NCBI RefSeq assembly: GCF_964355755.1
Contig: NC_092672.1
Coordinates: forward strand, 25,364,437 to 25,428,436
DNA length: 64,000 nt
Direction of reading: 5' to 3'
DNA from: Antedon mediterranea
Taxonomy: Eukaryota > Animalia > Echinodermata
A program made the translations under genes and the position numbers. Below the pieces are notes generated by a model. It made no database searches. It saw nothing but the letters and a program-made list of their open reading frames with translations, and had not been told where the DNA came from. Shown piece by piece: positions 49,077-59,690 of the stretch (position 1 is the stretch's first letter; each line of letters opens with the position of its first letter).

Positions 49077-52000
49077 TATTCTTCTTTCTGTACACTTTTT
49101 GTTTAGCAATTATCTCAAAAAGTTGAATAACAATGATCACAAAAATGTCACAATGTCTTTCAAGTACTTTAACTTAGCCATAATAAGCTTTTCAGCGTGA
49201 TCACTCCACCGTGACGTCACGTATACGCGATTTTGTGAAATCACATTATCAATCATATGTCCATAATTGATTATCACATATTTATGAAATTCTCTACACG
49301 TCAATTTCAGGTCAAGGTAAAAAATATTAGAAAATAAAAACTCGCGCGTCTCAAGGTCATGCACGTGAAATCGCGCATAAAGATTTTAAAAAGCTCAAAA
49401 TTAAGTTTTGATCAATTTAGAGTATGAATTAGGCCAATTGCGTGTTTCAAAAAATTACTGCGCAAAAATACGTTTTTGCGCACGCAATCCTTAAAAAGCG
49501 GTAAAAAATAAAATTTGATGTATACATCACATTCTACACACAATCCTTAGTACATTCTCCGATTTTGAGTCCAGTCCGACTTAAAATAACGGTATACGAG
49601 CACGTTAAACATGACAAAATGCGCACATTAATTGTACAAAAGTGCTAAAAATGGTAAAAAGTAGGGCCCTTTTAAAATGAATATAACTCTTCAGAATGGA
49701 AGATGACCCCCAATTTTTTAAACTTAATATGGAAGCCAATGAGTTGTAGATATAAATGTATATACACATTAGACGTACAAAATGGTATGACGTCATCAAA
49801 TGGCCACTTGAATTTAAAAATTAGTAATTTTTATCTTTTTGTGTGGGTTATCACATTCAATAGAGCGCATCTCCGTTATTTGAACCCAATTTTAGCTCAA
49901 CTTTTAGTATGTGCTTGCTCAATTAATTATCTTTCTCATGAGTTGTCAACATTTTCATTTTGATGACGTCATCATGCGTAAAAACTTGAATAACCTAGGT
50001 CGTGTATTTTCAGCTACACCATACATTTGAATATCTTACAGCTCTTCAGAATTAAAGGTGACCTTGAAGATTATAACTTATTATGAAAGCTGATGAAATG
50101 TAGATATGAATTCATAAAAAATTAAGCCTATTGGATGTTGTGACGTTATCTTATGGCCAGTTGAAGTTAAAAAGTAGTTTTTAAATTTCTTTAGTTGAAG
50201 TTATACAAATTTCAAAGAGCGCGCATTGCGCTTCTACGTGTCAAATTCTCTTCCAATCCTTATATTTATTTGCTCAATTCATTATCTTTCGAAATTGTCA
50301 TCTTCGAGTTTATTTTGATAATTCCATCATACCAAAAATTTAGAACACGATGTGGGTCCCGTAATTTCACCTATGCTACACTGTATATAGATATACAGTA
50401 TATACTGTACATATTGTATATGAAACATAATAGGTACAACTCAGCACTATAAGTGTATATGCATCATGTCATAGGATGGCGTACATCAATTTTTTACGAT
50501 CGTATGTTAACGTACGTGCATGTTTAAAAAATGTTAATTTCATTAAAATAATAAAAATGATCACCTATAATTCGTCAAAGTGACGAATTAAATTCTAGTT
50601 CCATTTGTCATTGGCTTTATTCACCTTTGTTTCGGACCATTGAAATGTTTCATGTGTTTTCCAGATTTCTTTTTTTAAATCGTTCGTGATTTCTTTTTTG
50701 TTTTGTTTAGTCTCTAATAAAATTTCAAAATGTAAAGGCATATGGTCGGATTCTATCCTAATATCCACTTTTGGTCTTATTATTTTATCAAAATTAACTG
50801 GAAAAGTAATAATGTAGTCAACAACACTTTTGCAAAATTTTCAAAAAAAGTAAAGCACCTACTAAATTCCCTATTTATCCTACCATTTAATATTCTCATC
50901 CCTGTTTTTTTTTGCAATGATTTAATAAATTAATTCCATATTCATTGACTATTTGATCTTCATTACTTCCTATATTACTATCCATTTCATTATCTTCTTT
51001 ATATATATCATTATCCCAATTGGGTGGACATTCATCTGTAATAAAATCATTCATTGTACCTGTTCTTCCATTCAAATCTCCCATTACATATATATTATTT
51101 CCAAACTTTTTTTGTGATTTGTTAGGTCATTAGAAATAGTTCCAAAAAAATTTTGATTATTTATAGCATGTGTTGAATTAACTGGTGGTCTATATACCAC
51201 TGCTAAGGCGATATTTTCAGAATTATGCTTGATAGATAACCAACATATATAATTTGATGTACTGGGAAGTTCTTTAACATCTAAATTTGTTTTATAATAA
51301 ATAATAATACCGCCACTCTTTCTACCCCCTGCTTTATGTCTTATGGACAATTTACTAATACAGTCATATCCTTCTATATAACAATTTTCTACAGGTCCTG
51401 TCCATGTTTCTACTAAACATACAATATCATATTTTTAAATATAGTTCACAAAATCAGAGTCGTTTATTTTATTCTGTAAACCATTCACATTCCAGTGACA
51501 TATTAGTGACCACACAGTAAAATGAATGCTTGAAATAACCAGAATATCATAAATATATTAAATTGTTATATATATCTTATGATTTATATTATACAGATAT
51601 TGACTGCTTAGAGGTTAAATATAAGATTTGACATCCCCGAGGGAATGATATTATGTTCGAGGGAATATATAATTCCCAAGAACTTAATATCATTCCCGAG
51701 GCGATATCTGTTATATTACATAGCCAACAACAAGTAGAATATCTGCTTGGTGGGGTAGCTAGGCCTAGTATGTAAAAACGATGCCCAGACACCTTACCTT
51801 TCGAAGAATAATATACAGATAATTACTACGGTACGGTAATTAATGATTCCTCGACAATGAAATATTCACTAGCCTAGGTCGTTTAAATAATAACAGAAGA
51901 ATTTCCATCAATAAGCCTACATTAATAATAATATTATCAGGTAGGCCTAGCCTAGGCCGAATAAATAATAATTCGTCTTCATATTTTGAGCCGAATCACC

Positions 52001-52461
52001 GGATGTTCAGTGCGTCGCGCGCGTACCAGTTACTACTGTGAGTATTAACCAATCACAAACGGTGTTTCATCACATCTAGGGAGGACTAAAAATAAATGAG
52101 GGCGCTATGTATGCATAGTTTAAATAGTTTAGATGATTACATTCTTCAAGCAAGCTCCGTGGCGCAGTGCATGAAGCGTTGTCTTGTGATGGAGTGACAA
52201 TTTCATCGCGAGTTCAAGACTCAGTAGATGACTTTTGTTTATTTATCGGCAAACGCGAGTGTTGCCACACGAAATTTACACAGTCAATATCATCGTACTC
52301 GAGAATTTATATGATTAATGACAGGGGGACACGATAATTACGCAAAAAATACTCAGTCAATATCATCGTTCTAGAGGATAACAAGCACGAATGTGCAATA
52401 CTCGGGGTACAGCGAAAGAAGCTGTATACAGACGTATACAGTTAGAAAGTTAAAGAAAAAT

Positions 52462-52533
52462 AGGTTTCGCCAGGGCTCGAACCGGGACCTTCTGCGTGTT
52501 AAGCAGACTTGACAACCACTACACTACGAAACC
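52462..52533 (-). tRNA. tRNA-Val(AAC)-like, probably pseudo
   Basis: GGTTTCG-TAGTGTAGTGG...TCTGC-TTAACAC-GCAGA-AGGTCCCGGTTCGAGCCCTGG-CGAAACC, followed by a T-run. D and T stems imperfect. Confidence 0.65.
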
Positions 52534-52744
52534 TCTTACATTGAAATTGTGGGTTACAGAAAGTTTTTTAATCCATTTAAATTACAAATAAATGGTAATA
52601 AGCACAAAGCAAAATAAACATGTGTAAAAGTGATAATTACCGATTACACACAAAATAAGTATTTAAAAAAAGAATAATAAGATATACTGTGTATAATTAT
52701 CATATTGCGTATACAGTACTTTTCACCATAAAGTTAAAAAAAAA

Positions 52745-52817
52745 AGGTTTAGCCCGGGCTCGAACCAGGTACCTTCTGCGTATTGAGCAAACGTGATAAC
52801 CACTACGCCAAGAAGCC
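52745..52817 (-). pseudogene. Second, more degenerate tRNA-Val-like copy
   Basis: GGCTTCTTGGCGTAGTGGTTATCACG...GGTTCGAGCCCGGGCTAAACC; acceptor and anticodon arms mutated. Confidence 0.6.
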
Positions 52818-53171
52818 GCATATAACCATATAACTACATAACGCTGTGGTGTGTGTCACACATTGTGGATTCTTAATTAAACAAATTAATTAACAAAAAA
52901 TTAAAAATCCGGCTCTATAGCTTTGAGGACATGTCCCTGTAGTATGTTCATGCCAAATCCCAGCTCAATACTACAACTAATAAGGGAGGAGTAGTACTTT
53001 AAAAATCGCACTTTTTACTCAATAGTGTCCAGATGGTGGAGGAGAAAATGAGTAAGTACTAGACTCGGGTACCCCGAGTAAAAACGATTTACGATCCTCG
53101 CAGTGGTAGTCATGTGATGCAGTTTCAACCAATCACGTTTGCGTATTTACATAGGCTATGTAATATATATA

Positions 53172-53438
53172 GAGGACTAGTGCTGTTCCGCCGTACCACG
53201 CCGAGAATGTTAAAGAGTCGCTATCCAATCGAGTTAGAACAATACCATGAAAGCCCCAGTGGTCTAATGGTTAGGACATCTGCATATCAAGCAGGCGGTC
53301 CGAGTTCGAGTCTCGGTTAGGGCGACTTTTTCTCATTCTCACAGATTTCCTCATCTTTATCGTTTCAAAATTAATTAATTAAATATCAGTATATCACCGG
53401 GCGGTTTAGAATTAATGTTCTTTGCTGATTTGTTTATA
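53172..53438 (+). repeat. ~370-bp TA-flanked repeat family with an internal tRNA-like cloverleaf (copy 1, 5'-truncated; cloverleaf 53253-53324)
   Basis: Homologous to 55655-56012 (-), 57002-57177 (-) and 58958-59560 (+). A box TGGTCTAATGG, B box GAGTTCGAGTC, then a T-run. Confidence 0.8.
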
Positions 53439-53460
53439 TATATATATATATATATATATA

Positions 53461-55513
53461 CGTTAAGTCTGGAAAAGAAGTAAAAACTACAGTTTGGTCT
53501 CTACAGGCTTGTTTCGTGAGTCGTGAAACTCACTCATCAGGAGACTATAATGAGAAGAATCAATCACAACGTTGCTTATAAGCACATTTACTTGTAGAAT
53601 TAGCATTTACAGGTAATATGTTTTGGAATGTCAGCTGTTATGTAACAATGCTTTCTTTCTGTGCCGGCAGGCGGACACAAGTTTGTTACGTTTGTTTAAT
53701 GTCGATAATTCAGGGTGGCGGATGATAAATAATTTCTTTTTGAGGCAGAGGTTTCATTTTTTGTTTGCGCTACTATATGCTTTAGTAGATGCCAAGATGC
53801 GCCATGAGATTGAATAGTCTGTGTTGTTGTCCTTGAGTGTCCAAATATGTTTACTGAGTTCGGTTGAGTTTCTAGAACGTGTATTACGGAATGATGAGGT
53901 GTGATTTCTGTATCGTGTTTTAAAATCATTTTCAGTGAGTCCGATATAAGTTTCCGAGGTGGATTTGTCTTTGCGTGTAACTGTGGCTTGGTATATTATA
54001 GATGATTGTAAGTAATTTCCGTTTTAGCGGGCATGTGTTTTTCTGTCTGCAGTTGCATGTTTTGTTTTCTTGAGTGTTTTCCACGGATGTTGTTTCGGGC
54101 TGGTTGAGTATTCTCTTGTTGTGACTGTCTATTATCTGTTTCATATTGTTCATAGAACTATAGCTAATCTTGATAGTGTTTCAGTTGAAGATTTTTCTTA
54201 GTTTGTTATCTTTTGGAAAATGTTTGTCTACTAGGGATAGGAATTTCTGTCCGATGTTTGTGCCGACGTTTTTGCTGAACGGTGGTTTGTACCACAGAAT
54301 GTCGTTTCGTTTACTATTTTTTCGTCTTGTCTGGGTTACCGGCTCGTATTTTAGTGTGTTTAGAGTTTTTTGGTATACAGGGGCGGCTTGGTTGAATGAA
54401 TTCTTGTCGGATGACAAGGACGAGAGTCGTTTGTTTATTCCGGCGGGTATATTCTTTAGGATGGTCGGTGGGTGGTTACTTTGTTGATGGATATACTTTA
54501 ACGTGGCGTTTGGTTTGGTGTAGGGCTGGTATGTGTTCTTCGCTAGGTTGAGTGTGACGTCTAAGAAGTTGATGACTTGTTCTATGGTAATGCGTAGGCC
54601 GTTGTCTTTGAATATTTGGCATATGTCTTTTTAAATATTTTTTGTGCTTTTAGGTGTTGTGTCTGTGACTGCAAGGCCGTCACCTCTGTAAAGTCCTATG
54701 TTGATTCCTAGTTTCTGTTGTAATTGGTGTAACAGGAAGCTTCCAACAAGTTCACATGTTTCTGCGCCATCATAACTACCCATAGTCACATCGAATGCTG
54801 TGGGGCCTTTCTTTTGCCATGGTTGCTGTTTGTGTGATAGTACGGATTTGTTGGTATGTACGATGATGTCTCTTTCGTCGTTGGTAATATCATCGTATCT
54901 ATTAGCAAAGTCTAGTGATTTATTCAGCAGGTTATTGCTGATAGAGGGGTAAAATTCTACGATGTCGAAGCATATAAAGTTGTGTTGTTGTTTCTTGTCG
55001 ATGCTCTTAAACCATTCGATGACCGATGAGGTATTTTTCCATTGATTGGTGCGTAGTTTTGATGTAATTTTGCTGTTAATACGATCGAGTATAGTTTTGC
55101 TTATCTTGCCTATCTCGGATTTGGTCGGGTTTATTAATCGGCAAGTAGGTTTGTTAGTGAAGTTCGGTTTGTGGTCTTTGAGGGTTATGAAAGCATCTTT
55201 ATTTGCAGTTGTATCCACTCTCTCAGCGATGTTCAATTTTGTTGCAATACTTTTGTTTTTTTCTACGAATCGTTTGTACGAGTGCAGGTTCTGCTTTCAT
55301 GTATGATTTGGTGATGTTTTTTTCTAGAAGGTTGTCATACGTCGGTGGGTCTAGTTTGTAGAAATTTGTGGTTTTGTCGGCTGCAATTAAAAGTTTGGGC
55401 TCGTTTTCAATTTTCTTGGAGTCAGTTTTTAACTTGTTGAGTAGAGGGTTGTCTGCGTTTTTGTATGTTGTCGATTGTATCAGATGGAGTATGTCATTTT
55501 TGAATTCGTATAG

Positions 55514-55517
<4 letters not shown>
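53461..55517 (-). mobile_element. Penelope-like retroelement (RT + C-terminal GIY-YIG; probably Hydra clade), frameshifted, within (TA)n
   Basis: TLKDHK, CRLINPTKSEIGK, FDIVEFYPSI, MGSYDGAETCELVG, LYRGDG (normally YRDD), W..PPFS, linker CNCRQKNTC, YIGLTENDFKTR, CNLC/CRH region. (TA)n at 53435-53460 and 55517-55582. Confidence 0.9.
53497..53545 (-). ncRNA. Type I hammerhead ribozyme in the PLE 3' end
   Basis: Minus strand GTCTC-CTGATGA-GTGAGT-TTCACG-ACTCAC-GAAAC-AAGCCT-GTA-GAGAC: intact CUGANGA and GAAA cores, stems I and II paired, GUA cleavage triplet. Confidence 0.8.
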
Positions 55518-55585
<68 letters not shown>

Positions 55586-55654
55586 ACATTAGGCAATGAA
55601 CATTAATTCTAAACCACCCGCTGATATACGGAAATTTAATTAATTAATTTAAAA

Positions 55655-56012
55655 TAAACAAATCAGGCAAAGAACAGTAATTCTAAACCGCCTGGTGATA
55701 TACTGAAATTTAATAAATTCATTTTATACGATAAAGATGAGGAAATCTGTGAGAATGAGAAAAAGTCGCCCCAACCGAGACTCGAACTCGGACCGCCTGC
55801 TTGATATGCAGATTTCCTAACCATTAGACCACTGGGGCTTTCATGGTATTGTTCGAACTCGATTGGATAACGACTCTTTAACATTCTTGGCGTGGTACGG
55901 CGGAACAGCACTAGTCCTCAGTTGTACGCACGCGCAACAGAGATCAAATTGATACGCCCTCATTTTTCAGTAATTTTTTCACGAGGCGGGATCTCAGAAG
56001 AGATACTTTTAT
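55655..56012 (-). repeat. tRNA-like TA-flanked repeat, copy 2 (cloverleaf 55767-55838)
   Basis: Reverse complement of copies 1 and 4; extends to the AAAAGTATCTCTTCTGAG start next to (TA)n. Confidence 0.8.
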
Positions 56013-56027
56013 ATATATAAACAAATC

Positions 56028-57001
56028 TAGTCTGGGTTCCAGACGGAGTTTTGTCTTAATTTAGTTAAAAGATAAATATTTTGGCACATATGGCGTTTCC
56101 TACGTATACTCCTTGATTTTGGATACTCCGTCTGGGGAAACACGCACAAGTCACGTGGTTTGACACCAAGAATTCTTGGTGCATACGATTATCCGGTTGA
56201 CTAGTTTCAGCTGCATGCGATTGGCTACTCACTCGTACACTGTTTTAATATTCATATTTCAGAATTTCAAAGACTCAACGACTAAGATGATGCGCATGCG
56301 CTATGTTACGTTTAGACAATGTGTACTTGGGTACATTTATAAAAGTTTCTGAAGGCTAGAAATAATTTTATATGCCTAGTAGTCTGGTAAACATTTGATG
56401 GGGTTTTTCCCAAGAACATGAAAACTCGTCTTGATAATATGATAGGCTATTAGCTTCTCCGCAAATCAAACATTGAATAGATCATTTATTACGCGGAGAT
56501 AAATTTGATTTAATTCCCACCCAGACCCTGTCCTGTTCTGTGTGGTGGTACATGGTGTAGGCCCTAGCCCTGTTTTGTGTACCGGTGGTATATAGGCCTA
56601 CTTTATTGGCGTTTTATTTGGCAGGTCATACGTGCGAGTTGAGTAGGACCTACGAAAGAGGCCTAGGCCACCAAGGACTAAACAAGTAATAAACAAAACA
56701 ACTTGGCATTACGATTTTATATTTCAACAGTCTCGATCATACATATTCAGCACTAGTACTCGATCTTTTTCATTTTGAAACAAAATGATCAATGGTTGAT
56801 TCGAAATCCATATTTACATACCGCCCGCCCCATATAGCCAAATACGGTATGATAACCTACGTCATTCTTATCGGATGTTTGTGGTCTGCAAATTGATTTA
56901 TATACGTGTTTCACAAGTCTGTATTTTCAGACAAAAATCGCGGTCGAAATAAAAACAAATAACTTTTAAAAAAAAGATAATACAGACTTGGGGCAAGTCT
57001 A
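56028..57001. mobile_element. Non-autonomous element with 9-bp TSD and hairpin termini (AcademH-like)
   Basis: TAG...CTA termini; terminal palindromes GTCTGG-GTT-CCAGAC and AGACTTG-GGG-CAAGTCT; perfect TSD AAACAAATC (56019-56027, 57002-57010). Confidence 0.7.
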
Positions 57002-57317
57002 AAACAAATCAGGCAAAGAACAGTAATTCTAAACCGCCTGGTGATATACTAAAATTTAATTAATTCATTTGAAACGATAAAGATGAGGAAATCTGTGAGA
57101 ATGAGAAAAAGTCGCCCCAACCGAGACTCGAACTCGGATCGCCTGCTTGATATGCAGATGTCCTAACCATTAGACCATTTATATATATATATATTTAATC
57201 AATGATGTTGCGTAGCACTGTGTAAATTATATAAATCATACTGTAAATTATAGAAACGGTGCTCATATCATATATATACCAGGCGGTTTAGAATTAATGT
57301 TCTGTGCCTGATTTGTT

Positions 57318-58879
57318 TACCCGATCTGGCAAAACCCTACTTTTGTCGAAAATTTTCATTTTTGTATTTTATATATTTGGATTATTTGAATCATAAGCTT
57401 TGTAGTGGTGTTTATTTCATAAAAATTGAGTAAATATTTAAAAAGTTATTACATTTTAAAAACTTACAAATCATTCGATTAGTTTACGAGAAAATCGCGT
57501 TTGAAGTTTGCAATGAAATTCTTTTTGATACGCGCTGAAAACTCACTCCGTAGCAACGCGGTATTTTGGTCTAAGGCACAATGACGTCATACCAGGAAGT
57601 GTGTGCGATATAATAGCAGCGTGCACATCATAGTCAATTTGACTGATTTCAGACGCCGTTTTAACCTATTTAGTCACTCGAATTAACTATTTTGCACTAT
57701 TGAAAAGCAGCATTATAACGTCAAGCTTATTTTAACTGGTTTCGGAGGTGTTTACGATATCAACAGCGAAAAACCAAGCAGGCCTAGGCCTAGCTAGGCC
57801 TTTTCAGATTTTCGCCGTCATCGCCTGTACTGTATTAAGACCTACTGATGGGTGTTTATCAGGCCGTGTATGGCAGCGGTGCATCGACATTGGAGCTGGC
57901 GTTAGTAGTAAACTAGCCCAGACAAGTTTGGCGCCTTGCAGAGTCACACCTTGCTAGCTACTAACATTGTATTGACGATTTAATACATTTATTTTTTTTA
58001 TAACGTGGAAGATTCGTTGTAATGTTTGGACTTGAATCCAATGAGTTTAAAAAACATTTAAGATAAAAGGACTGGACAATAAATTAAATAAATTATTAAG
58101 AGCCGATTGGATATATAAAATGTATAAAGAAAACTATTTATTGACAATAAAGCTAGGCCCAGAAGTAGTAGTAGGCCTACAAAACCATAATAAAATTAAG
58201 GCCTAGGCCTAGCCCAAAAAAATATAGAAAATACAATTGAATTTATGACGTGAATTGTCTATTTTACTATGGTATAAACAAATACAGGCTACAGCTATTG
58301 CAGAACACGCCGAACACTTTACTTTGAATATTAAAATCGTTTTTATTCCAATTTACGACATGCTGTGTGTAAAATGAAAATAACCTCACAAAAATGTAAA
58401 CAACTTTTTATTTCCGCGCGTAGAGCGTATAACATCTAGCGCGTTGACCAATAACGTTTGTTATTGCGATGATGCGCCATAGCAACACACGCAGTTCACT
58501 GTTCCAGAAACTTCGAAGGACCGAATTTTCTGAAATTATGTCATAGTAAATCAAAGTTTTCATTGGTTCCTTCTTTAAGCTCCGCCCTAAAACTTCCATA
58601 TTTGGAATGTCAAATGGATGAGCTTTATTTTGATGTGTGACCTTTCAACATTGTGCAGCGAACTGGCGAACAAAATGTCGTCAAACTCGGCAACTTTCAA
58701 CTGAATTTACGCAAAATGTTAGCGTAGATCGTGAATTTGTTAGGCTTGATGAAAATACATGTTTTTAAAACTCTCTTTTTTCATAATTTTAATTAAATTT
58801 CGGAAGTTTAAATCAGGTAGACGTATTCTTAAATAGTGAAACATTTCGAAAATGCAAAAACATGTAATCTGCCAGGGTA
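57318..58879. mobile_element. Possible non-autonomous DNA element
   Basis: Weak termini TACCC(gatc)TGGCA / TGCCAGGGTA, bounded by copies of the tRNA-like repeat. No coding signal. Confidence 0.35.
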
Positions 58880-58957
58880 GTCGATTTGGACTTATTCTGA
58901 CTGATTACGTGAATTTTGAATTGCCGACAAAGAGAGGGTTTTGCGAGATCGGGTCAC

Positions 58958-59560
58958 TATAAAAGTATCTCTTCTGAGATCCCGCCTCGTGAATAAAAAT
59001 ACTGTAAGATGAGGGCGTATCAATTTGATCTCTGGTGCGCGTGCGTACAACTGAGAACTAGTGCTGTTCCGCCGTACGTACGCGTGTTTTTTTTTTCCAG
59101 GACGAACGTGGGCAGAAGTCATGAATAATTCATTACCTTAATTATTTTCTATTATAAAGAATTGAAAGATAGCTGATCAACTTCCTAAATATACTAAACC
59201 TAACCCTCTAAATAATCTAAAGCCTTTACCACTAGACCAAACATTTCGGTTGGCAAACGTTGTTTACACTAATTATTTAATCTCTCTGCATTCTTATACA
59301 GCGCCCTTTATAATGTTCCCTATTATGTCATAATTAATCATGAATTATTCATGATTTCTGCCCACGTTCGTCCTGGAAAAAAAAATTACGCCCGCCGTAC
59401 CACGACGAGAATGTTAAAGAGTCGCTATCCAATCCAGTTCGAACAATACTATGAAAGCCCCAGTGGTCTAATGGTTAGAACATCTGCATATCAAGCAGGC
59501 GGTGCGAGTTCGACTCTCGGTTGGGGCGACTTTTTCTCATTCTCACAGATTTCCTCACTC
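58958..59560 (+). repeat. tRNA-like TA-flanked repeat, copy 4 (cloverleaf 59457-59528), interrupted by a MITE
   Basis: Matches copy 2 in reverse orientation once 59078-59391 is removed. Confidence 0.8.
59078..59391. mobile_element. MITE with ~45-bp TIRs and 8-9-bp TSD
   Basis: TTTTTTCCAGGACGAACGTGGGCAGAAGTCATGAATAATTCAT with its reverse complement at 59340-59385; CCGCCGTAC duplicated at 59069-59077 and 59392-59400. Confidence 0.8.
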
Positions 59561-59562
59561 TT

Positions 59563-59599
59563 GCACTGACGAAGGGCTAGTGTTGCCCGAAAGCTCTGC
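59563..59599 (+). ncRNA. Minimal hammerhead ribozyme motif in a Penelope-like pLTR remnant
   Basis: GCA-CTGACGA-AGGGC-TAGTGTT-GCCC-GAAA-GCTC-TGC. Confidence 0.7.
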
Positions 59600-59690
59600 T
59601 AACTTTTCTGGCTGTTTACTTTATCGTTTTGATTTAGCTTTTCGCTTTTTATTTTTGTATCTCCATTGAGATCCAGCCACTGATACCCAC

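Larger units (their letters stand above)
32042..50599 (+). mobile_element. HINE-type family C, outermost element of the nested stack (head 32042-~32116, body 49077-50599)
   Basis: Head TAGGTGATCATTT-AGAATA-AAATGATCACCT hairpin + (TTA)n. 3' end AAATGATCACCTA subTIR, hairpin TAATTCGTCA-AAG-TGACGAATTA, then AATTCTAGT. Inserted in a TT. Confidence 0.85.
30750..51510 (-). mobile_element. LINE (clade uncertain, RTEX/L2-like): EN and C-terminal CCHC parts, RT deleted, split by the 18.5-kb HINE stack
   Basis: EN: CHWNVNGL (~51500), CLVETW, GRKSGGIIIY, VYRPP, MGDLNGRTG, NEYGINLL (50600-51510). Linker PKNTWFDRQC (~31890) sits next to post-RT KALFSL...PIILYGSEIWG and RLCKIC...EDEYHFITVC (30870-31874). 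(GAAT)n tail near 30750. Confidence 0.85.
52380..53084 (-). mobile_element. HINE-type element (family D) carrying two tRNA-Val-like copies
   Basis: SubTIR TACTCGGGGTAC (~52399) pairs with GTACCCCGAGTA (53069-53080). Hairpin ACTCGGG-TAC-CCCGAGT + A-run at one end; AACAAG + GCAC-GAAT-GTGC hairpin at the other. Confidence 0.7.

Noticed and set aside
32042-50599. Simple tandem satellite or rolling-circle concatemer
   Set aside because: Heads are clustered apart from their bodies and three families interleave in nested order, which head-to-tail amplification does not produce.
52150-52230. tRNA gene (GCTCCGTGGCGCAGTG...GAGTTCAAGACTC)
   Set aside because: Only degenerate A/B boxes and no closed cloverleaf; at most a SINE-like remnant.
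55368-55583. 71-aa ORF ending in (IY)n
   Set aside because: Translation of the (TA)n microsatellite and the PLE antisense strand.
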